From: Octopus vulgaris
Taxonomy: Eukaryota
DNA: 64,000 nt
Assembly (NCBI GenBank): GCA_951406725.2
Contig: OX597828.1
Span: forward strand, 558,001 to 622,000
Direction of reading: 5' to 3'
Shown here: positions 1-13,895 of the stretch, piece after piece
How positions within the stretch are numbered: the first letter of the stretch is position 1
How the letters are laid out: the number at the start of each line of letters is the position of its first letter
Position numbers and translations under genes: made by a program
The notes under the pieces: model-generated
Told to the model about the DNA's origin: nothing
Seen by the model: the letters and a program-made list of their open reading frames with translations, nothing else
The model's database searches: none

Positions 1-1341
1 GCTGATCAACGCATTCAAAGAGCTGAAAGGTCACGGTAAATATGAGTCTAAGTACCGTTAATTTCTTAAGTATAATTCTAGATTTAGAAATCGATATATA
101 CTTCCACAATAGTCAATTTAACGATATATATAGCTGTATATCAAAATAAATTCCAACCATTCACGAACAAACTTTAAAAACTTGATCAATAATATTAGTA
201 AGTACATATCTAGATTATTCTTGGACGAGGATTCATTTAAATGTGTTGCCCATTATTACAGTGGTGCATTAAAGACAACAGCTTTACATTAAATGCTGAA
301 CGATATTAATAGCAAAACAAACGCAAAAAAGTAAAAGAAATATTCTATGGTAAAATCCTCAATATAGTTTCAATGTTTGTTCCAATGCTACCAGTATTTT
401 CCTAAACCTTATAAATAAGCTTTTACTACGGATATTGTAAAATATTTGATAGAAATATTGTTAGCACTAAACTTTTCGTTGCTTCCATACCCCGTATAAA
501 CAGAAGCAAACTTACCAATACTAGCACGTCGATTTCTTTTTCTCTATGTCTTTCAAAAAACCAAATTTCTGATCTCTTTTCTGCATGTCTTTTTTACTCA
601 TTAATTTATCGAGTTGTCTTGAAAACAAGAGAAACAAAAATCTTTGTAGACCTCATTGAAAATCCTTTTAAAAACATCTTTTTACATATATATACATTCA
701 GACAGAGGGAAAGACACTTCACCACCCCTCCTTGGTAAATATATATATATGGAGGAGATAAAACTAACAATTATAAAATTGATTTGTCCGTAGTTAAGGC
801 GTAATCGATGTCTCTCAGAGAATAACATCTTACTTCATCTTTTTGCAACTCTGAAAAGAAGGTCGAAATTGTTATATTCTTCCAGATACTTCTATATATT
901 TACTGAGAAATGTCTAAATGTTAAATGGTTAAAATATTCTATATTTCCTATGTAATGGTATTGCCACATCATGAAACATAGCCCTATATTGAACAAAACA
1001 TCCATTTATTCATCGACACCAGTCCTACATTAACATTAGCTACCTTCTTTGCTTAATGTGTTTTGTACATATGATACTGAAAACGCGATATTACTTTGTG
1101 ATTGTGAATATATGTCAAATTTTCTGCAAAAGACAATAGAATAGACGAGCATGTGGCGTATCTGCTGATGTTTTCCATGTAGCACACACACACACACACA
1201 CACACGTACATACATACACACATACACACAAACACACACACACACACACACACGCACACACACATGCGTGTGTGCCTATACATACTATATTATATTATAT
1301 ATATTATATATTTATGTATATATGTGTATGTGTGTGTGTGT

Positions 1342-1630
1342 GAGGGCGTATGGATCACTGGTTAGGATGTTGCACTCTCGATCTCGAGGTCGTGATTTCA
1401 ATTCCTAGACCGAGTGGTGCGTGGTGTTCTTGACCAAAACACTTCAATTCTATGATCACATCGACACCTGACGCGCGGCACACAGTGTAGCTGTTCAGAC
1501 ATCGTCGATTTGATGGAGGGAGGGAGCTGATATGCGGCACGAACATTTGAGACCACCATAAACAACTCATTTGTGCAGGTCATTCGGCAAAAGCAGAATG
1601 CTCATACGTCGTCTTCGACTGGAGAGTCCA

Positions 1631-1633
<3 letters not shown>
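1342..1633 (+). mobile_element. tRNA-derived SINE (CORE-like central segment), degraded
   Basis: Head GAGGGCGTATGGATCACTGGTTAGG...GGTCGTGATTTCAATTCC resembles Pol III A/B boxes. It is followed by GTGTTCTTGACCAAAACACTT (CORE-like) and ends in (TG)n. Confidence 0.6.
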
Positions 1634-1683
<50 letters not shown>

Positions 1684-2784
1684 CGTGTGTGTGTATTTAT
1701 GTAAGTGTGTATCGATAGGTGGAGTAATTGATTAATTGATTGATTGATTGACACACATATACACCCTTCACTCGACCAGCTTCATTGTTCCCCCCCCTGT
1801 TTTGAAAACACGAAGCTGTAACAAAGAAAAATGACCAAGATGTGTGCTGTCATCGAACTTGGAAACTAGATGGTTCCAACGCAATGTTCTTCCCCACACA
1901 GCCGCAGCAGCACCTATTTGTGTAAGTATGTGTGTACTTTATGACGTGAAACTGACAGTGTGGCTATGGCTTCGATGTTGGATGGAACGCTTTTGTGGTT
2001 TTTGTTTCAGCTGTCTGCATTCTGAGTTAAAATTCCACCTTGTCAACTTTGTCATTCTTGCTTTCGGGGTCTATAAGTAAAGTAGCAATCTAGGTGTTAT
2101 AGAGGTGATTTCAGAGCTTCGAAAGAGACGCCCTGCAGTATCTGTCCATTCCGAATTCAAATTTCGCCTGTCACCACCAAGTCCTTAAGCTAGTGCATGT
2201 ATGTGTATGGATATAGGTATAGATATATCATTTTCGAAGGGTTAATAATAGACTTGGAGTCATTGCAAAATATAGGGTTCAAGATACATAGAGGACCGAG
2301 AAGAAATATTATTAAAAAATTTAAATTCCAAATGATTCGGGAGAAACAGCAATTTGCTTTTGATCTGATGAACTTAAACTATTTCATCAATAAGGTAAAC
2401 TAGATGGGTGCGTGAGAATGGGGAATGAGTGAGGGGGTGGGGACATAAGTAAAAGGAAACAAAGAGTCGACATTTAAACATAGAAAAAAGTTCTCAGTCA
2501 CAGAGGAAGGTCTCCACAGGAAGAAAACGAGAAGTACCACAAAAACTCAACACCCGGCGTAAAATACGGAGATGTGCTGCAAAATGAAAACAAGAAACAC
2601 GAAAAGTGACAGATTTATGAGTGTAGGTAAAAGAATAGCAAAACAAAACACAAACAAAAAAAGGCGAAATGAAACACAAAATGAAAATAAATCAAGGTTT
2701 TAAAGCAGAAAGTCTAAGAATTACTGAGAAGAGACAAAAGGAGAAGGCAAAATAAAGGCCGTCATCTTTGACAGGTACTACTCC

Positions 2785-2832
<48 letters not shown>

Positions 2833-2994
2833 TACATAATACATATATATGAACACACACACACACATACACATATACACAAATAATGACGAACATAATT
2901 TAAGAAGAATATTTGAATATATACAACATTGTTCTCATTCTTTCTTACTCTCCATGCATCATGCATAGTAACACACACACACACACACACAATC

Positions 2995-3168
2995 TCACAG
3001 GGAAAATAGCTCCGAGGAAGCTATAGTATGTTGCACAAGCACTGATCTAAGAGTGTAAGGCGAAATGAAGTGTTTTGCTGAAGGACATAACGCATCGCTT
3101 GGACCAAGAATCGAAGTCTCAATCTTATCAAAAGCGAAACCCTTTAACCACGCCGACCCGTGCCTCCA
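2995..3168 (-). mobile_element. SINE fragment, same type as 1342-1633
   Basis: Minus strand reads GGAGGCACGGGTCGGCGTGGTTAAAG...GACTTCGATTC...GCGTTATGTCCTTCAGCAAAACACTTCATTTC, paralleling the 1342 copy. Confidence 0.5.
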
Positions 3169-3257
3169 GCATATGAACATACATACATACATACATACAT
3201 ACATACATACATACATACATACATACATACATACATACATACATACATACATACACA

Positions 3258-3812
3258 CACACATAGTGGCTGCCCCCTCGTTATCGGGTATGGCCATTGC
3301 GCGAAGCTTAATCAATGTTGTTATCGTGCAATGCCTATGCAAGAAGATTTTTTTAAAGTGAGGAAAGGCCGTGCACCGAGTCAATCCCACTCGCTAAGCA
3401 ACAGCAGCCATAATCCGAAAAGAAGAACAAGTCAACATCATCGGTAACCACTGAGCCGCAGGTTTTATGTCGGAGTTATCTCAGTTACCTGAGTTACCTT
3501 CTCCTAGAAGGATGCCCTAACAAAGGCTAGGAGTCCTTCACTCCCAATGGTTTAACCGCGCGATCGGATATTCAGTCCGATTATTTCTATGTCCCCGCGC
3601 ATGATACAGCCTTAAGACATTTATTGGATGGCCATTGACTCTCTAGAGTTCCTCCGCCCTTTGACGGGTTTTGTTTTTCATCCCGCAGGGTGTCCAATAA
3701 ACACCCTCCTCACCAAGCAAGCTTGGTGGGGTTGCCGGTTTAGTCGACGACGACCCGACCATGGAACAGGTTGTACTGTGTTACATGTTACCAGTAGCAC
3801 TCGAAAGTGACC
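3258..3812 (-). mobile_element. RTE-type 5'-region fragment between (TACA)n arrays
   Basis: Minus strand GGGCATCCTTCTAGGAGAAGGTAACTC resembles the CTAGGAGAAGG..AACTC motif of RTE 5' regions. Both flanks are (CATA)n. Confidence 0.4.
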
Positions 3813-4175
3813 TGACATACATACATACATACATACATACATACATACATACATACATACATACATACATACATACATACATACATACATACATACATAC
3901 GTACATACATACATACATGCATACGTACATACATACATACATACATACACACTCATACATACATACTCACACATACATACATACATACATACATACATAC
4001 ATACATACATACATACATACATACATACATACATACATACATACATACATACATACATACATACATACGTACGTACGTAACTACGTACATTCATACATAC
4101 ATACATACATACATACATACATACATACATACATACATACATACATACATACATACATACGTGCATACATACATA
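3813..4175. repeat. (TACA)n microsatellite
   Basis: Directly visible tetranucleotide array. Similar arrays at 3177-3255 and 5131-5213. Confidence 0.95.
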
Positions 4176-4296
4176 AACATGAGTATACAGCATGCCTCCG
4201 GTTTAAGAATAGATAACCAGTGAGTTGTGAGCTCTTCTTGCCTTTTCCTTACTCTATCGCTTTCTACTCTGACTAAGCACAAACTGTGCGTGTGTG

Positions 4297-4336
<40 letters not shown>

Positions 4337-4517
4337 AGTCACGGGATTATTACGTAATCATGTGTGGTAGGACACCACCAGCAAAACTAATAAAAGACAG
4401 TAACACAACCATTCATATTTTCTCCATCATCCCCATCTCAAGCAGTTTCATGTATACCACTAGCAGCACTGAAAATCGATAAAATACCACATGTATATAC
4501 CATCCTTGCTACGTCTC

Positions 4518-4569
<52 letters not shown>

Positions 4570-4587
4570 TCTCTCTAATACACACGC

Positions 4588-4806
4588 GCAAGCGGGTGTT
4601 GGAAAGTTCCTGGCTTTTGATTAAGGAAAATACATGGGGATCAGTTAATTATGATTTTATTTAACATATTCCCCTCTCACATTCACACACTTATTGCAGC
4701 CGTCCTTCAGTTTTTCTATGCCCCACAAAAGAACTCGAAAAATTTATGCCTCCAGCCAGACCTTTCGCAACACCCTTAAAATCAGGAACTTTTCAGCACC
4801 CCTTCG
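4588..4806. mobile_element. Tc1/mariner-type MITE
   Basis: Imperfect terminal inverted repeats GGGTGTTGGAAAGTTCCTGGCTTT (from 4594) and AAAATCAGGAACTTTTCAGCACCC (to ~4801). About 215 bp, non-coding. Confidence 0.65.
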
Positions 4807-4840
<34 letters not shown>

Positions 4841-4990
4841 CCTACACACACGTACACACACACATATATACTCACACACACACACATATATATATACCTA
4901 CACACACGTACACACACACATATATACTCACACACACACACACACATATATATATATACCTACACACACGTACACACACACATATATACT

Positions 4991-5022
<32 letters not shown>

Positions 5023-5184
5023 CCTACACACACGTACACACACACACATATACTCACACACACACATACACATATATATACCTACACACACGTACACACA
5101 CACACATATACTCACACACACACACACACTTATACATACATACATACATACATACATACATACATACATACATACATACATACA

Positions 5185-5215
<31 letters not shown>

Positions 5216-6659
5216 GTGCATATATATGCCTGCGTGTAAATATGTGAAGACGTGCAAGCATTCAATTTATAATGCGTGTAGTATGAAAATCTTATAACAC
5301 CATACAAGTGTCCAATGATTATTGAATCACATAAATAAGATGTTCACTTCTACTTTTCTGTCTCTGTCTTTTTTTTTTATTATTTGTTTCTTTCTTTCTC
5401 TGACACTTTTCTCTAAATTTAACATTCAGAAGTTATGGTTTATTCAAGGAAATATACGAAGCAAGCAGCAAGCATCCAGCAAGCATCTAGCAAGCATCCA
5501 GCAACAATCTTGCAGTGGCGACCAGCTATATAGCTAGTTGACAACTTAACTGAGAGATGGACAGTTCATTGTGCTTTGTAGTATCCGAAGAATGAGGAAG
5601 TGAGCAGAATCAGCGGTGCTGGTGCAGACATAAACCTGATTCAGTGTTTAGAGCAAAAAGAAACATACAGGAACTGTTGAGACGAGAACGAATCGAAATA
5701 GATATCGTCCGCTACCTTAGATAATTTTGTGGAAATATTACTGAACCTCTTCGCCATCACCACACACTATCATATATCTGTTTCTTATATCTGTTTCTCT
5801 ACCTACCTATACACATACACACACGCATACACGCGCCGCGCACAAAGAGAGCAACAGAGAGAAAGTGGAAACTACTCAGAGACGAGTTAAAAATAATCAA
5901 CCACCCTATCAAAAAAAAATAAGATTAAAAAATCAAGATATATTATAGATAATACGAGATGGCATCTAAGGAATCGTTGACAAACACCTGGGATGAAGGA
6001 GGAAAGACTCCATTTTGGGAAAAATCCCCGGGAAACAACCGAGTTCGGGACACTTTTCAACAACTACGTTACACGTTCAAATGTTGTCGTGTTCGGAAAG
6101 ACGTGGAACACGAACAATGTAATCGAATCGAATTCCATGAATTGAATATAAATAAGTTTCCGGAAGAGCCTTTAGCTATGCAGAATCCCAGTATTTGAGA
6201 TGCAAGATGTAAACTAACGCCCGAGTTAACACCATCACCACCGCCAAAGCTACTGCCCCCACCGCCGTCACCACCGCCTGACTTTGGATTCACTGAATCC
6301 ACTTCGTTGTAATCATTTCAACCAAGCCTTCCTTCTATGGATTCTGGAATTTTCCTCCCTTTTCACAGTTTCTCAAGGCCTTCCAACAAACATTATTGGT
6401 GCTGCTGCTTCTCTTTTCGCAAAGTTATTAAATTTTTTTTCTTTGAATATATCAGAATATGACGTCGGTGAATTTGGTGCTTCCATCCGTGGCAGTGGTG
6501 GTAATGATGATGAAGGAGGTTAAACATATTTTATCTGGATAAGAACCTGATACGGATATTTGCCACACAAAAGACTGGTTACCCCTTTTTGTTTTTCATA
6601 TTTTCTGAATATTCTTGTTGTTGTTAATTGTTTTTGTTGATGTTAAATGCTATACAGTG

Positions 6660-7271
6660 TCGGACAAAATACCTCGCGGTGTTTCTTCCGGTTTTTTACG
6701 TTCTGAATTCAAATCCCATCAAGATCGACTTGATTTATATTTTTTTCTTTTTCAGGATCGATAAAAATAATAATAATAATAAAAACCAGTCGAGCACTGA
6801 ACTCCATAAAATACACTAAACGCCTTTCCTTAAAATTGCTTGCCTTCTACCTAAAAAAAAAAAAAAGGGGGGGGGGTTAAACTGGCAGAATTGTTTGAGC
6901 GTCGAAGAAGAAGCCTTGCCGTATTTATTCCGATTCATTACATTTTGAGTTCGAATTCTGCATAGGTTCACTTTGTCGTTCATTCCTTCTGGTTTGATAA
7001 AATACTAGTTAAGTGTTCCTAGCTTGATGATATCAACTACTTCCCTGCACTCAACATAAACTTGTTGGCCATGTTCCTACTTTAGAAACAATCATTATTA
7101 TCATTTCGTCTGTCTGCACGTTCTGAGTTCAAATTCCGCCGAGGTCGACTTTACCTTTCATCCTTTCGAGGTCGATAAATTAAGTACCAGTGACGCAGTG
7201 GGGTCGATGTAATCGTCTTACCCCCTACCCGCACATTTCAGGCCTTGTGCCTATAATAGAAAGGATTATTA

Positions 7272-7326
<55 letters not shown>

Positions 7327-7730
7327 GGGCCCAATGATTGACAGAATCGGTAGAGTGGTGCCAAACAAAATCTCCTATGATTCTTGTGTATGTATTCGGT
7401 TACAATTCGCGCCGAACTCCGCCTGCCATCCCGTTGCACTCGATAAAATAAAGTACCAGTTAAATATTAAGACCAAATAAATCGACTTCACACCTGCCCA
7501 CTAAATAGAAGGGTGGTTACTTATGTTAGAATTCGTGATGATGATGACGATGGTGATGATGATGATGAGGAGGAGGATTCGACGGACGAAATGCTCAGCA
7601 GCATCTCGTCGGTCTTTACATTTTACATTTTGAGTTCAAATTCCGCCTAGATCGACTTTGCCTTTCATTCTTTCGAGGTCGATTAGATAAGTACCAGTTG
7701 ACTCTGGGATTGATGTAATCGACTACTCCC
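6660..7730 (+). mobile_element. Cluster of about five degraded SINE copies with a Meta-like central domain
   Basis: Repeated TGAGTTCAAATTCCGCCGAGGTCGACTTTGCCTTTCATCCTTTCGAGGTCGATAAATTAAGTACCAG-like blocks at ~6700, ~6945, ~7123, ~7400 and ~7630. Further copies at ~2020 and ~12160-12330. (TTA)n, (GAT)n and (GTT)n tails. Confidence 0.7.
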
Positions 7731-7809
7731 TAACCACCACAAAAAAAAAAAAATTACGACTTTGTTGTCCCGAGAAAAGAAAGGAGTATTATAATTATCA
7801 TCGTCGTCG

Positions 7810-7844
<35 letters not shown>

Positions 7845-8817
7845 GCTATTCTAACGAATGTTGGGTCCTGACTGTCCGATAAAATGGTGCTTTAATAAAT
7901 ATGCACACAAAAACACACGCATACTCACATATATATATATGCGACAGACATGCACACAAGAATCAAAAGATTAAATTAATAAAATATTTTTAAAACAATA
8001 AATAATTTTCAAGTCATTATTTTGTAAAAGAAAACAAAAACATTAATCTAAATAACGAAATTCAGAGAAATATATTAAATTGTGTAAAGGGTTCAATGTG
8101 GTTCAATGTTTTGACAAGTTCAGATTCTTCGTGTCATATATCATCCATCTGAAACGAACTTAGATGTGATGTGAAAGTCTTATCTATCTTGTACTTTCGG
8201 GGTACAAGAAAGCAATCACTCTCACTTGCCGTTGCTTTAATAATCCAGAATCTCTACTAGTCAGAAACAACAAGACGCAGACGTAAAATATATATATACT
8301 ACTTTATTCTCTTTCTTGGTAACAATAACAATAATTAGTTATCTGATGTCCTTGGTTCGGGGCGCGCAAGGCTGAAAGTAAATCGATTGTAATATTTACA
8401 ATCTTCAGCCCCAAAACAGAAAGGGGTCAAGATGGCGTCGAACAGGGAAGTTGAATGTGGTCGGCAACAATTTGGTTAAAGGTATTCGGCCGACTGCTGC
8501 TATCAACCGGAGAGAATATATGCGTGACCGCCGCCTTCAATCGCTGGGTCCCAAGTCCCCGATGACTGCTGCTAGTGGTCAAACGTTCTACGACCCCCTT
8601 GCCTCGCTAACTACCACGATAGGCAAGCGGGTCGTGCTTCCGGTGGTTCGCGCATGCGCGAGAGGGCCCTTCCTTTCTGTGCCTTGGTAAAGGCACCAAC
8701 ACGCGCGAAAATACAAATGGACCGTGCGCGAGCGCGCGCCTTTGCAGGATCACTACACATCCATCTGTCTATCCATCCATCTATCTATCTATCTATCTAT
8801 CCATCCATCATCTATCC

Positions 8818-8876
<59 letters not shown>

Positions 8877-8877
<1 letters not shown>

Positions 8878-10040
8878 GCGCAGGCATGCGCTGAGACTGC
8901 GACATCTCCGGAACTTCATCGATGACGGTGAACAGGTGTGGGCGCCGTTTGTGAGGCGCGCCTTCCCGCAAGCTCGTCTCACTGACCGAACTGCAAACGT
9001 GGATCAGGAAGAGACCGAAACTGGGCGATTGGCACCGAGTGTCGCCAAGCTCTACAGCAGCTCTGCCGACCGGGGTCAAACTTGTGCAACTTACAAACGA
9101 CTAAAGCGTTCTATAGAGGACTAGTGGAGGGGAGGTCCGACGACACACTCGGGGCAAACCTGGGCGTCGACGAGAAATTCCTAACCCGCCTGTTCAGGAC
9201 GACTTTCGGGCCGGGGCCTATGGATAACTTCCAGAAATCCCTGGCTTGGCAATGCTATCGAGACGCACTACCTGTTCGAGAGAAGAGCTACAGGCACGGT
9301 TCGGAAACCATCACTGGACCGACCTGCCCGAGATGCGGTCAGAGCGACGAAACCGTTCTGCACGCACTCGTGCAGTGTCCAGATATTTCAGAGCTGTGGA
9401 CCTTCGTCGAACAGCTGTTGTCGCGTGTAGGACGGGCCCGCTTATCGGCCGAGTCTATCGTGAATATTGTTCCACCACCTTCCTTTAAACGGGAAGGGAA
9501 AACGGTTTTCGTTACGCTGATGACTATGGCGAAAGAATGTGTGTGGTGGACGCGTTTGAAAGGACTGCAAACAAACACCTTCCTCTCTGGTCAGTCTCTC
9601 GTCAACTTTTTCAAGTACCACTTGAAAAGGAGGATGAGAATAGAGAGGAAGGCTTTGTCGAACGAATGTTTTAATAAAAAGTGGGTAAAAGTGGCAAAAA
9701 TGGTCAGTATGAAAGACGACACTATTTTAAGCGTAAATCTGTGACCAAAAGAGACAACGAGAGGTAAGGCGACTTACTCATGTGTTCATTTTCGAACTGT
9801 CTGAGGTGACCTTGGTCTTTTTTGTAGGTTTTTCTTTCCAGGGCTACACCTAAACTGTGAACTTTATTTATATATATGTATATTATATTTTTATACACCA
9901 CACAACCCACAGATCCCTATTGATCGAACCTTTTTTTCTTTTGTATGTCCCACCCACCCCACCTCGAAAAGAAAAAACTCTACATTGTATTTCGTTCATT
10001 TTTATTCTGTGTTTAGCCCTGTGTGGCCACAATAAAAAGT
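8877..10040 (+). mobile_element. L1/Tx1-clade non-LTR retrotransposon, 5'-truncated 3' end
   Basis: ORF 9082-9744 encodes WQCYRDALPVR...CPRCGQSDETVLHALVQCP (zf-RVT-type CCHC zinc finger of L1/Tx1 ORF2). 3'UTR has AATAAA at ~10030. Flanked on both sides by (TATC)n. Confidence 0.8.
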
Positions 10041-10047
10041 TATCTAA

Positions 10048-10105
<58 letters not shown>

Positions 10106-10110
10106 GTCTG

Positions 10111-10164
<54 letters not shown>

Positions 10165-10165
10165 C

Positions 10166-10217
<52 letters not shown>

Positions 10218-10222
10218 GTCTG

Positions 10223-10265
<43 letters not shown>

Positions 10266-10282
10266 GTCTATCTATCTGTCTG

Positions 10283-10349
<67 letters not shown>

Positions 10350-10410
10350 GTCTGTCTGTCTGTCTGTCTATCTATCCATCTATCTATCTAGATATCTATC
10401 TATCTGTCTG

Positions 10411-10500
<90 letters not shown>

Positions 10501-10515
10501 CATCTATCTATCTAG
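10041..10515. repeat. (TATC)n / (GATA)n microsatellite
   Basis: Directly visible. A matching array lies at 8760-8877. Confidence 0.95.
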
Positions 10516-12383
10516 CTAGCTAGCAAGCTATCCGACCAGCAAGTCGAGCACTCATGTGGAGCATTTCGTCGTTGGCTGCATATCGGTCATGTTGTGATAG
10601 AAGTGGTCATCGTCGTCGTAATTGCAGTGACGGCAATGGCGGTGGAGCCGATATTGACAGTGGTGATTGCCGTCATGGTCAGGCTTGTGTGTAAGCTTTG
10701 CAAACAGACAGGACAGTGTCTCGATGCCTTGTGTTTCGTTAGCTTGAGGTGGATGAGTTCCAGTTATCCCTTCAGATAAATTAGAGATAACGAATAAGGT
10801 TATGATAGGCCCTGCTAGGGTTAACTTGCCCTCCATACACTAACTATAAGAGGATGAACATTCCACTTCGTTTCCCAGCCCCAATTACTCTATGCTGGCA
10901 CCAGGAAGATTTCTAACAATCACTGGAACTCCCACTCTCAAAATATCGGCGTCCGTTGCATGTATTTTCTATTTTTTCTTTTTCTTTTTTTTTTTTCAGG
11001 AATAAAATCTGTAAATTTAATTATAAAATGCTTTATTACAAATTACGAAATAATTGAATAAAATATTTATTTACTTATTACATTTTATTCTTTTATTTCA
11101 AACATTACAAACACAAAATATACCCCCCACCCCGCGGCCAAGCACGTAGCGCTCTTAAGAACGTGACCTCCCAAAACACATGGATCCTCCAACCACCTGG
11201 TGCTTCCAAGCACGAGTGATTGTTTGAGCTGCCAGTAGCTTTAGCTGGCCCTTGCTGGGAGATACAGCAGCAAGAAATAGGGACACCGAGCTGATAACCG
11301 GCGTCGCTTGAACTGAATGCAGCTTGCTCCTTGTCTCCCCTGGTGTCTTCAAACATACAGATAAACCTTCTAGGCCAGTGGTGCTCGTCAAACATGCTTT
11401 GACCAGTTTCTATTCGGTCCCACACTGCTTGGTAACTGGTGCTGGTTTGTTTGCAGCCTCATAACTTAACGGATCGGCAAAAAATAAAACGACTTTAAAA
11501 AATGAAATAAATACGGGAATCAATTTGTTCGACTTAAACCCTAAAGGCAGTGACCCGGTACTGTCTAATTTGAGAAGTACTGCTCTAGGTGAGCAATCGC
11601 CATACTAGAAATAGCAACTAAATATTTCTTACATCATGACAGAAAAAAGGGAGGAAACAGGATAATGATGTTTGAAATAAACAATATATTGAAAGGTAGA
11701 TAGTATAGTCACGTTGGAATGTTTCCATCAGAACTGGCCTGGAACTGCACAACAACAACCACAACTACAGGTGTTCAAATATTACCTGGATACAGTGGAA
11801 AGAATGCAACATGCACAGACATGGTACACTGCACCGTATTTAATTTACTACTGCGTGCGTGAGAGACTATTTCCTTTGGCCATTGTCGAGATGAAGGCAT
11901 ATCCGGCGCTATGAATTTGTGAATCGAATCTCGTCGTTTGCCAGCTGTCTATTTCTGTTCAATAAATCAACTGGATCAGGGTTGACCAAGGGCTACAATA
12001 AAAACAAGAACATCAGCAACAGCAACAACAATAGACGCACAAAAAAATATACTGGACAGTGGTGAGACTATATGTCCAGGTTGGCACCTCATACAACCGA
12101 GGCGGCGAATTGGAACAGTCATTAGAGCATCGAACAGTATTCGTTCCGGCTTTTTGTACTCCGAGTTCAATTCCCAGCGAGGTAAGTCAGACAGGAACAC
12201 AGTAATGCATACAGTTATCGAGGGCAGCGAACAGGAACAGATACAATGTCCTGGAATATCCGTTTCGGTTCTCTGCGTGCGGAGTTCAAATCCCAACGAG
12301 CTCAACTTTCCCTTTCATCTTTTCAAAGTCAATAAGGAAAATGTCTGTCTAAAAAGGAAAGAGTCGATTCTTCTCTCTCTCTC

Positions 12384-12432
<49 letters not shown>

Positions 12433-12999
12433 ATGTGTATGTGTGAATGCAAATAGATAGATAGATATTATCACGAATTTAGTATCACGTTGAGCCTGTC
12501 AGAGAATCAAGGGTTCACGTGAACTCATACCGATGGACTATTCAGTAAATAGCGAGCAAATAATTCAGTTGATCAACTAAATGCTCATCACCGAAATCGA
12601 CAGAAGACCAATGCGTGTTGTATGGTGGAGTACGGTGGGCCGACACACGGACGGCGCTAAGTGTTATAGCTCCACAGATCGAAACCGGTGTAAACACTTC
12701 AGCTCCCCCAACATCTCATGTGACCTTCAAGCAATGCTATCTCAAAGTATGATCCCCCATCACCTCATCCACCTTCGGCAGTTGCCCCTCGTCTGGTGCT
12801 CTACGGCTCTAAAGGACCAAAGCTAATCTATGGATCAACTCTACAATGACTTGCTGTCAATAAATAAACAACATTACCTCCCCAGGGAATGGGATAGTGA
12901 TCTGGAATCGATTTTATAGAATCCACACCCATCCTGCGCCTAGGGGTTAACTTCATTTTGATTTCACATCATCTTACTCTGCTAATACACAGGCACTAT

Positions 13000-13050
<51 letters not shown>

Positions 13051-13152
13051 TGTATGTATATGTATGCACATACAAAGATGTATTTATAAATATGTAAATA
13101 TGTATGTGTATACATACATAAATCCATACATACATACATACATACATACATA

Positions 13153-13590
13153 AATGGAACTAAACGCTGCAAGCTATGTGGAGACGACCGCATTGAAATC
13201 CTGAAAAATTCGCACGTACCAGGGAACATACTGAACTCCAGAACGGAGATTCTCGGGTCATGCTTGCATTTCAGGGAATTATTGTTAGTGTTTTGGGAAC
13301 CGAATAATAACGATAATAACGGTATTAGCGATAATATTTACACCACGGTTGGAATTGATTACTGACAGGTGGCGTAGCTGAAGGAGGACGATGTGGCCGG
13401 AAGCCAACGACCAGCAAATGACCACCAGAAGAGGGAGATAAGCGCCATTGTTTATATCCGGTTCGTTTCCTCCTTCATACTTTAAGGAGGCCATAGGCCA
13501 ACAAGTCTTAGGGTCTGGTGATACGCCATAAAGATACTTCTTATGGCGAGAAATCCAGAGTAACCCTATAAACAGGCCTTCACCAGTAAT
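13153..13590 (+). mobile_element. Penelope-like element 3' fragment (ORF C-terminus plus pLTR with degenerate hammerhead)
   Basis: From 13153 reads NGTKRCKLCGDDRIEILKNS...NILNSRTEILGSCLHFRELLL, matching the CxLC...LNxRxE...CxH tail of PLE GIY-YIG ORFs. Hammerhead-like fold at 13509-13568. Confidence 0.6.
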
Positions 13591-13622
13591 TATATATGTG
13601 TGTGGTGTGTGTGTGTGCGCGC

Positions 13623-13860
13623 GTGTGTGTGTGCATATATGGGTACAGGACGTCGCCAGCTGTGCAAACATCATGAAATACGTAAAAAAGGACAAGTAAA
13701 CATAGAGAAGGGACCCTTCATTAGTTGTCGGTTAATGCTCGAAATGAGGAATAGATAGACAGCCGACAACGGATGAAAGGTCCCTTCTCTGTGTTTACTT
13801 GTCCTGTTTTACGTATTTCATGTTGCTTGCACAGCTGGTGACGTCCTGTACCCAGATATG

Positions 13861-13870
<10 letters not shown>
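13623..13870. repeat. Long imperfect inverted repeat (~105-bp arms, ~30-bp spacer)
   Basis: GTGCATATATGGGTACAGGACGTCGCCAGCTGTGCAA...GTTGTCGG versus CCGACAAC...TTGCACAGCTGGTGACGTCCTGTACCCAGATATGCAC. Confidence 0.85.
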
Positions 13871-13895
<25 letters not shown>

